A DNA stretch of 28,529 nucleotides from Candidatus Aenigmatarchaeota archaeon (GCA_049414645.1 JBMSAV010000113.1:1-28529), one strand, 5' to 3'; counted from the first letter of the stretch, positions 1 to 7,722 are shown. A program made the numbers and translations. Notes: generated by a model from the sequence alone, not told the origin.

Positions 1-1
1 T

Positions 2-625
2 GTTAAAGATTCTTCTAATAATTTGCCAATAGTAAATGCACGAGTCTGTGAAGGTGCAATATGTTATAATACTGATAACAACGGACTAGCAAGCTTTTAT
101 ATATCTAAAGGTTTTCATAATCTACAAGTCAGCAAAGAAGGTTATTATAATTACAGCATAAATTTATTTTGCGAAGATGGAGCTTTGATAGAAAGAAACG
201 TATTTCTAATTAAGCAAGTTAGTTGTTTTCAATGCGATCAGTTAGATGGATGGTATTATACTACAGAATCTTATTGTGAGATAGGAAAATTTGAATGTGG
301 TAGTGGATTGAGGCTCAGGAAAGAGGAGTATAGAGATTATAAAAGTGTATGTGTAAGCTCATCCTCAAGCTGTAAAGATTATAATGTAATATCGTACAGA
401 TGGGTGGAAGATGGATATTGTTATAAAAATTGTACTTATGGAGTTTGTGAGGAAGGACTCTGCAAACAATCTAAAATTCCTCAACCAATTTATATTAAAT
501 TGGAAGAATATGACCACTATAGGTCGGAAGGAATCAATCTAGGAGTTACATTTTTAATAATTTCATTATTTGTATTACTATTGATATTATCAAGAAAGAT
601 GGATAATTTTAAACCTATAAAATAA
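2..625 (+). CDS. 5'-truncated surface-anchored protein (carboxypeptidase-regulatory-like beta domain, Cys-rich segment, C-terminal TM helix)
   Basis: Frame is open from nt 2 (VKDSSNNLPIVNARV...TDNNG...VSKEGY), a pattern typical of CarboxypepD_reg-like domains. Many Cys follow, then hydrophobic LGVTFLIISLFVLLLIL and a basic tail. Confidence 0.55.
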   Translation, partial: VKDSSNNLPIVNARVCEGAICYNTDNNGLASFYISKGFHNLQVSKEGYYNYSINLFCEDGALIERNVFLIKQVSCFQCDQLDGWYYTTESYCEIGKFECGSGLRLRKEEYRDYKSVCVSSSSSCKDYNVISYRWVEDGYCYKNCTYGVCEEGLCKQSKIPQPIYIKLEEYDHYRSEGINLGVTFLIISLFVLLLILSRKMDNFKPIK

Positions 626-634
626 TAACAAAGA

Positions 635-1231
635 ATGAAAGGTAAACTAATTGTTTTTGAAGGAATAGACGGTGCCGGTTTGACAACGCAATCACAGATG
701 TTGGAAAAATATCTAAAAGAAAAAAAATATGAAGTTGTTTTAACAAAAGAACCGACAAACAACTTAATTGGAGGTATAATAAGAGCTGCTTTGAAAAAAG
801 AATGGTTAACATCAAACAGAACATTGCAATTGCTATTCTCTGCAGATAGAGCTCACCATCTTGAAAAAGAAATAATCCCTGCTTTAGAAGATGGAAAAAT
901 TGTTATATCAGATAGATATTTCATTTCAACAATTGCCTATGGAATGATAGAATTAGAAAAAGATTGGCTGAAGGCTCTTAACTCAAAATTTTTGTTGCCA
1001 GATATTATTTTCATAATCGACGTTCCAGTAGAAGTTTCAATAGAAAGAATAAAAGCAAGCAGATTTGGATTTGAGCTTTTTGAAGAAAAGAAAAAACTAG
1101 AAAAGATAAGAAACAATTTTCTTGAGCTATCAAAAGAATACAAAAATTGTTTTGTGATTAACGGAAATAGAAGTATTGAAGAAGTTCATAAAGAAATCGT
1201 TAAAATAGTTGAAGAAAAATTAAAGCTCTAA
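635..1231 (+). CDS. tmk: thymidylate (dTMP) kinase
   Basis: FEGIDGAG P-loop, TKEP, LLFSADR and SDRY motifs. Confidence 0.95.
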   Translation: MKGKLIVFEGIDGAGLTTQSQMLEKYLKEKKYEVVLTKEPTNNLIGGIIRAALKKEWLTSNRTLQLLFSADRAHHLEKEIIPALEDGKIVISDRYFISTIAYGMIELEKDWLKALNSKFLLPDIIFIIDVPVEVSIERIKASRFGFELFEEKKKLEKIRNNFLELSKEYKNCFVINGNRSIEEVHKEIVKIVEEKLKL

Positions 1232-2287
1232 TTCAGCCAATCTTTTCAAAGCCTCTAACTTTTCTTTCTTTTCGATTTCTGCTTTCTCTAAAATTTCTTT
1301 TAAAGTTCTTATGCTTTCATCATAAGTCCTTCTATCAACAGGGTAAGGTATTCTATCTTTTCCACCATGTGCAAATGTGTATTTAACTGGATCTATCCAG
1401 CTTGCCTCCTTTCCATAAACCAGTTTTGCTATTAAAGCTAGGGCTCTAACAGTTTTTGGACCAACTCCTTCAAAGGCGATAAGTTCTTCATAATTTTTGG
1501 GGTCAAATTCATGCAAATCCAAAAGTTTCTGATAAACCTTTATATCAAAAGTATGCTCTACTGGCATTTTCAGAAACTTATACAAACTGTAAGGTGAAGA
1601 AAAATATTTTTTGAATTTTCTTACATCCTCTTTAACAATATCAACGCTCGCTTTTCTTGCTTCCTCGCTTTCTTTAGCAACCATGTTTAAAACGTTCTCC
1701 TCCTTAAAGCCAACTATTGCTGAATGAGGTTCAACAACAAAAGAACTTAATGAGAAAGAAAGCCAATGATATCTTCTTGCTAACTTATTTTCAACATTCA
1801 TTCCTTGTTGAACTACTGCCCATTTTCCGTCTTCTGTCACAAAAAATGAATGATGATAAATTTGATAACCAGCTTGAATTAAGGAATTGTCAACCTTTGC
1901 TACCATTTTGCTTGCATACTTTAATTCTTCAATTCTTTTTGTAGATAAACCAAATTCTTCTCCAATTTTTTCTATTTCATCTGGAGTCTTTCTTGAAGAA
2001 GAACCTTTACCTCCTAAAACTTTAACACCAACATTTTCTTTGCTTAATCCTTCTTTTAATGCTCCAGCTAAAGTTGTTGTTAAACCACTTGAATGCCAAT
2101 CAAATCCAACAACGCAGCCCAAAGCTTGATAGAAAAATGGATTTGAAATTCTTTTTAGAAATTCTTCCTTTCCAAATTCTTGAATTATCAGCTTTGAAAT
2201 TTGAGAGCTTAGTTTAACCATTCTTCCAAACAACCATTTTGGACATTTTCCATAGTGTAAAGGCAATTCCGCTACTCCAACCTTCAT
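1220..2287 (-). CDS. DUF763 family protein
   Basis: LPLHYGKCPKWLF, DWHSSGLTT, GGKG, WAVVQQGMN, ARRYHW, GVGPKTVRALAL and FAHGGKD motifs. Start moved to ATG 2287 because the listed start lies inside tRNA-Gly. Confidence 0.85.
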   Translation of the reverse strand: MKVGVAELPLHYGKCPKWLFGRMVKLSSQISKLIIQEFGKEEFLKRISNPFFYQALGCVVGFDWHSSGLTTTLAGALKEGLSKENVGVKVLGGKGSSSRKTPDEIEKIGEEFGLSTKRIEELKYASKMVAKVDNSLIQAGYQIYHHSFFVTEDGKWAVVQQGMNVENKLARRYHWLSFSLSSFVVEPHSAIVGFKEENVLNMVAKESEEARKASVDIVKEDVRKFKKYFSSPYSLYKFLKMPVEHTFDIKVYQKLLDLHEFDPKNYEELIAFEGVGPKTVRALALIAKLVYGKEASWIDPVKYTFAHGGKDRIPYPVDRRTYDESIRTLKEILEKAEIEKKEKLEALKRLAELEL

Positions 2288-2326
2288 AAAATCTTTTAGA
2301 GTTCTTAAACGAAAAAATAAAAATAT

Positions 2327-2399
2327 GCGCCAGTCGTCTAGCCTGGTAGGACACGAGCTTCCCAAGCTCGGAGCCCGGGTTCAAATCCCGGCTGGCGCA
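2327..2399 (+). tRNA. tRNA-Gly(CCC), no intron, CCA not encoded
   Basis: GCGCCAG/CTGGCGC acceptor stem, CGAGC-TTCCCAA-GCTCG anticodon arm, CCGGG-TTCAAAT-CCCGG T arm, A73. Confidence 0.97.
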
Positions 2400-2429
2400 A
2401 GGTTTTAAATTAAAAATTCAACTATTTTT

Positions 2430-2963
2430 ATGATTTTTGGTAAGAAAGAAAAAGAATTATCTATCGAAGATAAATTAAAAGAGATAGAGGAAAGGGTTAA
2501 AGGACTGGGGAAATCTCCGAAACCAGCTTTTCAACCAAGTGAGGTAACCCAGCAACCAATACAACAATCAAAAAACGTTGAAGAAAAAGAGATGAAAGAA
2601 GAAAAAATGGAGGAAGAAACTCAAGTTCCTCTTTTTGTTAAATTAGATAAATATAAGACAATAGTTTCATCTTTGATGCAACTTAAGACACTTTTAATTT
2701 CACTAAGAAATTCATTGATAGGTTTGGAGCAAATAGAGAAAACTCGAGTAGAGACTTTTAACGCTATTATAAAGAATTTGGACAAGATTAATGAAAAAAT
2801 TTCAACCTTGGAAAAAGAAGTGGTCAAACCAATAGGATTTTCTATAGGAGCACCAATACCAACATATGCTCCATATGAAGAGATTCAAAGTATACAAACA
2901 TCAATAGCAAACTTGAAAGCTCAAATAGAGCAATTGAAAGCACAGCTAGATTCTTTAGAGTAG
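2430..2963 (+). CDS. hypothetical coiled-coil protein (PLFVKLDKY motif)
   Basis: 177-aa ORF with a TATA-like TTTTAAAT at 2403-2410 and heptad-like helical segments. Confidence 0.7.
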   Translation: MIFGKKEKELSIEDKLKEIEERVKGLGKSPKPAFQPSEVTQQPIQQSKNVEEKEMKEEKMEEETQVPLFVKLDKYKTIVSSLMQLKTLLISLRNSLIGLEQIEKTRVETFNAIIKNLDKINEKISTLEKEVVKPIGFSIGAPIPTYAPYEEIQSIQTSIANLKAQIEQLKAQLDSLE

Positions 2964-2995
2964 AAATTTAAAGTATAATCTACAAAATTTTCTTC

Positions 2996-3463
2996 ATGTT
3001 AAATGAAAAAAATCTAGAGAAATTCTTGGAGGAAAAGAATATTGATTTCGAATTGATTGAATTTAAAGAAAGTGTGATAACTAGTGAGTCTGCAGCAAAC
3101 AAAACCAATGGAATTGTTATTAAAAGTATTTTGTTGATTTGTGATTATGAACCTATCATTTGTATCTTGCTCGGCAAAGACAAGATTGATTTTGAAAAAA
3201 TAAAAAAAGAATTAAATTGCGGAGATGTTAGACTTGCGAAAGCAAAAGAAGTTAAAGAAATTAGTGGTTATGATATTGGGGCTGTCCCACCATTTGGACA
3301 TAAACAAAAGATAAGAACAATAATAGATAGTAAAGTCGATAGTTTGCGTGAAGATGAAGAAATATATTGTGGTGGTGGCTCCCATTATCATTTGCTAAAA
3401 ATAAGAAAAGCTGATCTAATGAAGGCAATAGAAAATGCAGAAATAAAAGATATAACTCAATAA
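2996..3463 (+). CDS. YbaK/EbsC family aminoacyl-tRNA editing protein
   Basis: IKSILL, RLAKAKEVKEISGYDIGAVPPFGH and IYCGGGS motifs. Confidence 0.9.
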   Translation: MLNEKNLEKFLEEKNIDFELIEFKESVITSESAANKTNGIVIKSILLICDYEPIICILLGKDKIDFEKIKKELNCGDVRLAKAKEVKEISGYDIGAVPPFGHKQKIRTIIDSKVDSLREDEEIYCGGGSHYHLLKIRKADLMKAIENAEIKDITQ

Positions 3464-3491
3464 ATTTTTTTAATGATAATGTCTTTAATGC

Positions 3492-3615
3492 GCGGGGGTC
3501 GCCTAGCCTGGTCGATGGCGGCAGGCTCAAGTAAGGTTTTCTTGAGCTTTGATGAGATGATGAGAAGAAACCTGCTGGGTTAGTCCCTTCGTGGGTTCAA
3601 ATCCCACCCCCCGCA
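3492..3615 (+). tRNA. tRNA-Leu(CAA) with a 38-nt intron at 37/38 (3532-3569)
   Basis: GCGGGGG/CCCCCGC acceptor, A73, GCAGG/CCTGC anticodon stem, CT-CAA-G|A loop, and archaeal Leu-type variable arm T-GGG-TTAGT-CCC-TT-C. Confidence 0.9.
3541..3563 (+). ncRNA. putative intron-encoded box D'/C' (K-loop) guide element targeting C34
   Basis: Guide CTTGAGC pairs with G31-G37. D'-like TTGA at 3549-3552 and perfect C box ATGATGA at 3557-3563. The fifth nt upstream of D' (G3544) pairs with C34. Confidence 0.6.
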
Positions 3616-3651
3616 GATTTTATTTAACTAAACAAAAACAATAATCAAAAA

Positions 3652-4275
3652 ATGGAAATTGAAAAAGTTATAGAAGATCTTGAGCAAAAAATAGGAGAAA
3701 ATGCAAAAAACGGATTAAAGGTTTTTGAAAAAAACAGAAATTTGAGCAAAGAAGAAAAATTTATTGAACTTTGCTTTTGTATATTGGTTGCAAACTCGTC
3801 AATGGAAAAAACTTTCAAAATTTGGAAAGATATAGGAAATGATTTTTTAAAGATCTCAAAAGAACAACTTTCTAAAAGACTAAAAGAACTAGGATATAGG
3901 TTTTATAACAAAAGGGCCGAATACATAGTAGAAGCGAGAAATAAAGTTGATTTATTAGAAGAAATTTTGAAATCCGATAATGAAATTGAAATAAGAGAAA
4001 GGATTGTTGAAAATTTTAAAGGAATTGGTTGGAAAGAAGCTTCTCATTTTTTAAGAAATCTTGGCTATAAAAACTTTGCGATAATAGATAGACATGTTCT
4101 AAAAACTTTGAAAGAATTCGGATTTATAGAAAAGATTCCAAAATCCTTGAATAAGAAAAATTATCTTGAAATTGAAAATAAGCTTAGAGAATTAGCTAAT
4201 AAATTAAAAATGAGCTTAGCCGAACTAGATTTTTACCTATTTTACATTAGCTCTGGTAAAATGCCAATTAAATAG
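3652..4275 (+). CDS. ogg: N-glycosylase/DNA lyase (8-oxoguanine DNA glycosylase)
   Basis: ELCFCILVAN, GYRFYNKRAEYI, HhH KGIGWKEASHFLRNLG, AIIDRHVL and ELDFYLFY motifs. Confidence 0.92.
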   Translation: MEIEKVIEDLEQKIGENAKNGLKVFEKNRNLSKEEKFIELCFCILVANSSMEKTFKIWKDIGNDFLKISKEQLSKRLKELGYRFYNKRAEYIVEARNKVDLLEEILKSDNEIEIRERIVENFKGIGWKEASHFLRNLGYKNFAIIDRHVLKTLKEFGFIEKIPKSLNKKNYLEIENKLRELANKLKMSLAELDFYLFYISSGKMPIK

Positions 4276-4276
4276 T

Positions 4277-4339
4277 CTATTTTTTCTTTTCTTTCTTTTT
4301 ACCACTTTTGAATATCTTTTTGAACCATTCTAGGCACAT
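4277..4339 (-). CDS. candidate 20-aa small protein MCLEWFKKIFKSGKKKEKKK
   Basis: ATG-to-TAG ORF filling the ogg/FKBP gap. TTTAAAAA ends 22 nt upstream of the ATG. Confidence 0.4.
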   Translation of the reverse strand: MCLEWFKKIFKSGKKKEKKK

Positions 4340-4361
4340 AATAAATAATTGAACAAAAATC

Positions 4362-4370
4362 TTTTTAAAC
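4362..4370. promoter_or_regulatory. putative bidirectional TATA element
   Basis: TTTTTAAAC lies about 20 nt from ATG 4390 (+) and 22 nt from ATG 4339 (-), similar to other leaderless-looking starts here. Confidence 0.45.
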
Positions 4371-4389
4371 TTTTGGCCAAATAATTAAG

Positions 4390-5070
4390 ATGCAAAAAGG
4401 AGATTTTGTCTACATAAGCTATGTTGGAAGAATAAAAGAAAGTGGGGAAATATTTGATACTACTAGTGAAGAAATTGCAAGAAAAGAGGGAGTTTACAAT
4501 CCAGAAATAAAGTATGGAGATATTCCAATAATAATTGGCGCAGGCTTTGTAATTCCGGGATTAGAAGAAGAATTAGAAAAGATGAATGTTGGAGAGAAAA
4601 AGGTTGTTGAAATTGAACCGAAGAAAGCATTTGGTGAAAGAAGAGATGATCTGATAAGATTGATTCCCGAAATTGAATTTAAAAAACAAAATATTGACGT
4701 TAAAGTTGGGGATTTTGTAAACGTAAATGGAATAACTGGTAGAGTCTTGAGTGTGAATGCTGGTAGAGTAAGAGTGGATTTCAATCATCCTCTAGCTGGG
4801 AAGGCTTTAGTTTATGAAGTTGAGATTAAAAAACAAGTTACAGAAACAAAAGAAAAAATTTATGCAATTTTAAAGTATTTTTCAAACTTGGATGAAAGCA
4901 TCGCAAACGTTAAGATCGAGAACGGAGAAGCCGAAATTGAGATTAAGGGCTTACAAATAGCAAATAGAGTTAAAGAAAACATTATTAAAACAATATTTCA
5001 ATGGATTAGGGAAATAAACAAGATAAAATTTTCGGAGGTTTATGAAAAGAATGAAAAATCTAAAAGCTAA
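4390..5070 (+). CDS. long-type archaeal FKBP peptidyl-prolyl isomerase (SlyD-like)
   Basis: GDFVYISYVG, IFDTT, VIPGLEEEL, PKKAFGER and VDFNHPLAGKALVYEV motifs plus a C-terminal domain. Confidence 0.93.
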   Translation: MQKGDFVYISYVGRIKESGEIFDTTSEEIARKEGVYNPEIKYGDIPIIIGAGFVIPGLEEELEKMNVGEKKVVEIEPKKAFGERRDDLIRLIPEIEFKKQNIDVKVGDFVNVNGITGRVLSVNAGRVRVDFNHPLAGKALVYEVEIKKQVTETKEKIYAILKYFSNLDESIANVKIENGEAEIEIKGLQIANRVKENIIKTIFQWIREINKIKFSEVYEKNEKSKS

Positions 5071-5078
5071 TTATTCTT

Positions 5079-6149
5079 ATGGCTGTTAGGCAATTTAATT
5101 CAAAATCTAACTTACCTGAAGATGAAGAATTAAAGAAGTTTGTAGAGAGGGCAAAAATAAAAATTAAAGTTGTTGGTTGTGGAGGTGCTGGTAATAATAC
5201 TATAAGCAGATTAATGCAAATGGGAATAAAGAATGTTGAGACAATAGCAATTAATACTGATGCTTTAGATTTGCTTTATACTGATGCTAACAAAAAAATA
5301 TTGATTGGAAAAGAAACTACTAAAGGTTTGGGTGCGGGAGCTGATATTAACGTTGGGAGAAAAGCTGCCGAAGAACAAAGAGATGAGATAAAAAATGCAA
5401 TAAAAGGCGCGGATTTACTTTTTTTAACTGCAGGATTGGGAGGTGGTAGTGGTTCTTCTTCTATTCCGCTAGTTGCTCAACTTGCAAAAGAAATGAATAT
5501 TTTAAATATAGCAATTGTTACTTTGCCATTTTTAATGGAAGGAAAACATAGAGTAGAAAATGCAAGAGTTGCTTTGGAAGAATTGGAACAATATGCCGAT
5601 ACTTTAATAGTAATTCAAAATGAGAGATTGTTGGAAATAGCGCCAAACTTATCTTTGGTTGAAGCTTTTAGTTTTGTTGATGAAATTATAGCAAATGCTG
5701 TTAAAGGGATTATAGATGTTGTAACGAATCCTGGATTAATTAATGTTGACTTTGCTGACTTAAAAGCAATAATAAAAGAGGGGAAATTTGGAGTTATAGG
5801 GTTGGGAGAGAGTGATTCGGAAAAGAGAGCGATAGAGGCTGCAGAAAAAGCAATTTCCCATCCTTTGTTGAATATAGAAGTAAAAAATGGTAAGGCCGCT
5901 TTAATAGATATAATAAGCGATCCTTCTATTACCGTTAGAGAAAGTCAAAAGGTTATAGAAACTATTGCTTCTCGTTTGAATGAAGATGCAAAGATTATTT
6001 GGGGGGTGCAACTGGATAAAAATCTAAATGGTAAGCTTAAGACATTAGTTGTTGTTACAGGATTGGAAAAGCCTGAGTATTTTAAAGTTAAAAGTTTAAA
6101 AAAGAGGAAAGAGATTGAGAAATATTTGGGTGTTGAAGTTGTTAAGTAA
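5079..6149 (+). CDS. ftsZ: cell division protein FtsZ (FtsZ1 locus, divergent signature)
   Basis: VVGCGGAGNN, NTD, GLGAG, PFLMEG and LINVDFAD motifs, in the ftsZ-secE-spt5-rpl11 context. Confidence 0.95.
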   Translation: MAVRQFNSKSNLPEDEELKKFVERAKIKIKVVGCGGAGNNTISRLMQMGIKNVETIAINTDALDLLYTDANKKILIGKETTKGLGAGADINVGRKAAEEQRDEIKNAIKGADLLFLTAGLGGGSGSSSIPLVAQLAKEMNILNIAIVTLPFLMEGKHRVENARVALEELEQYADTLIVIQNERLLEIAPNLSLVEAFSFVDEIIANAVKGIIDVVTNPGLINVDFADLKAIIKEGKFGVIGLGESDSEKRAIEAAEKAISHPLLNIEVKNGKAALIDIISDPSITVRESQKVIETIASRLNEDAKIIWGVQLDKNLNGKLKTLVVVTGLEKPEYFKVKSLKKRKEIEKYLGVEVVK

Positions 6150-6324
6150 TGCTTTAAAGAAAATTAAAGAAGCCTTAGAAAGCTATAGAAGAGTTTTAAT
6201 TATTGCTAGGAAGCCCGATAAAGAAGAATTTATAAAGACTGTTAAAATTTGCTTGATTGGCATAGGTTTGGTAGGTTTCATAGGTTTTATAATTTATACT
6301 TTCTCGATTCTTTTCCTCTCTTAA
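6139..6324 (+). CDS. secE: protein translocase subunit SecE/Sec61-gamma (start codon uncertain, 6115-6139)
   Basis: YRRVLIIARKPDKEEF followed by a TM helix GIGLVGFIGFII; conserved position. Confidence 0.88.
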   Translation: MLSNALKKIKEALESYRRVLIIARKPDKEEFIKTVKICLIGIGLVGFIGFIIYTFSILFLS

Positions 6325-6359
6325 AATTAATTTAAATTTTTGAAGTTTAAAAAATTGAA

Positions 6360-6797
6360 ATGATATTTGCAATAAGAACTATTGTTGGTAGGGAAAACGT
6401 TGTTTTGGAGAGCCTTTACAATAGAGCAATAAAGAATAATATTCCAATAAAAGCTTTGATTCATCCTGAAGAAATAAAAGGTTATGTTTTTGTTGAAGGC
6501 GAATTGGAAAATGTTAAAGAGTTGATAAAAGGTGTTGTTAATGTTAGAGGTTTAATTACCTCCCCTGTTAATGTTTCTGAATTGGAAAAGTTTTTGAAAC
6601 CGAAAGAAAGTAAGATTGAGGTTAATCTTGGAGATATAATAGAGGTTGTTAGCGGTCCTTTCAAAGATACAAGAGGGAAAATAACAAGAATTGATAATAT
6701 TAAAAGGGAAGTAACAATAGAGCCTTTGGAAGTTTCTGTTCCAATTCCAATAACAATTCCAATAGAATTTGTAAAAATAGTTGAGAAGAAAAAGTGA
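6360..6797 (+). CDS. spt5: transcription elongation factor Spt5/NusG
   Basis: IFAIRTIVGRE, IKGYVFVE and KOW motif GDIIEVVSGPFK. Confidence 0.95.
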   Translation: MIFAIRTIVGRENVVLESLYNRAIKNNIPIKALIHPEEIKGYVFVEGELENVKELIKGVVNVRGLITSPVNVSELEKFLKPKESKIEVNLGDIIEVVSGPFKDTRGKITRIDNIKREVTIEPLEVSVPIPITIPIEFVKIVEKKK

Positions 6798-6802
6798 GGA
6801 AT

Positions 6803-7264
6803 ATGGAAAAGATAAACTTGATTATTGATGCGGGAAAAGCGAATCTTGGGCAGCTTTCGAGTAAGATAAGTTCTTTAGGTTTTAATGTCAGTGAAATTCA
6901 AAAAGAGATTAACGAAAAAACAAAAGAGTTTTCCGGGTTAAAAGTTAATGTTATCGTGATTTTGGATAAGGACAATAAGAAATATGAAATAAAAGTTAAA
7001 GCTCCTAGTGTTGCTGATTTGGTTAAAAAAGAGCTTGGTGTAGAATTGCTTAAACTTAGCGAAGAAGAAAAGCAAAAAGGCAAAAGTTTTATTGGAAATT
7101 TAACGATGAAACAAGTTGAAAAGATAGCAAAGATAAAGGCTGAAGAATTTGGAGAAAAAGATTTGAAGAAAGTTTTGAAGATGGTTATTGGATCTATAAA
7201 TACATTGCAAGGAGTTTTGATAGAGGGTAAGAAGCCAAAAGAAATTTTAAAAGAAATACAATAA
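6803..7264 (+). CDS. rpl11: 50S ribosomal protein uL11 (divergent N-terminal domain)
   Basis: INEKTKEF, LVKKELG, IGNLTMKQVEKIAKIK and GKKPKE motifs. SD GTGAGG precedes ATG 6803; conserved position after spt5. Confidence 0.88.
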   Translation: MEKINLIIDAGKANLGQLSSKISSLGFNVSEIQKEINEKTKEFSGLKVNVIVILDKDNKKYEIKVKAPSVADLVKKELGVELLKLSEEEKQKGKSFIGNLTMKQVEKIAKIKAEEFGEKDLKKVLKMVIGSINTLQGVLIEGKKPKEILKEIQ

Positions 7265-7270
7265 ACTTTT

Positions 7271-7722
7271 TCATCTTTTCGCTAGGTTCTCATATATCTG
7301 ATTATAAGCGAATGCAAATTTTCCTAAAGAATGCGTCCTTATTAGCTATATCCTCGCTTTCGCTGAATACTTTTTCATTTCCTCGTATTTTTTTATAACC
7401 ATCAAAATAGCAGCTTTTAGATTATTTACCCTTTCCAAATAATTATCGGAAAATTTCTCTCGTGTAATGTATTTACTATGTATATTCTTCTGATGCAAAA
7501 ACATCACAGCTAACTGACGGTATCCATTATAAATCTCTTGGTTTCTGATTTCGTACACAAGTTTTCCTGGTTACCTATAGTTCTCATAAACACCAATTTC
7601 GGAAAAACTCATAACCAAGTTTTTTCTAAGTAAGAAGCGTAGCTTCTTATATAAGTAGTTACTCCTCCGTATAAACCTTTACTACCACATGAAACAATCA
7701 AAATCTTTCTTCTTTTATCTAT
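7271..7722 (-). pseudogene. degraded, internally deleted GT4-like glycosyltransferase remnant
   Basis: Reconstruction: RKILIVSCGSKGLYGGVTTYIRSYASYLEK/LGYE (frameshifts at runs 7620-7625 and 7603-7607), stop at 7571-7573, the 70-aa ORF, stop at 7346-7348, then LIRTHSLGKFAFAYNQIYENLAKR. The ends resemble GT4 N- and C-termini. Confidence 0.5.

Noticed and set aside
2288-2365. N-terminal extensions of DUF763 (to 2365) and of the EF-like ORF (from 19548)
   Set aside because: Both extensions lie inside tRNA genes; downstream ATGs match the family N-termini.
3547-3567. Nested intron-within-intron model (removing 21 or 15 nt restores a perfect BHB in both Leu genes)
   Set aside because: The inner cuts need a 3-bp central helix or are one base out of register, and the equivalent Tyr segment is only 7 nt. 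The box D'/C' reading explains the segments better, though the model is not formally excluded.
3526-3570. Reading both Leu genes as tRNA-Ser(CGA/TGA) via an intron at 34/35 (CT-C|GAAA)
   Set aside because: A73, the Leu-type variable arm with two unpaired bases and the D-loop all indicate Leu, and no BHB supports a 34/35 cut.
7271-7722. Stop-codon recoding or an alternative genetic code to explain interrupted frames
   Set aside because: The lesions mix TAA, TAG, TGA and frameshifts, and intact genes use all three stops normally, so decay is the simpler explanation.
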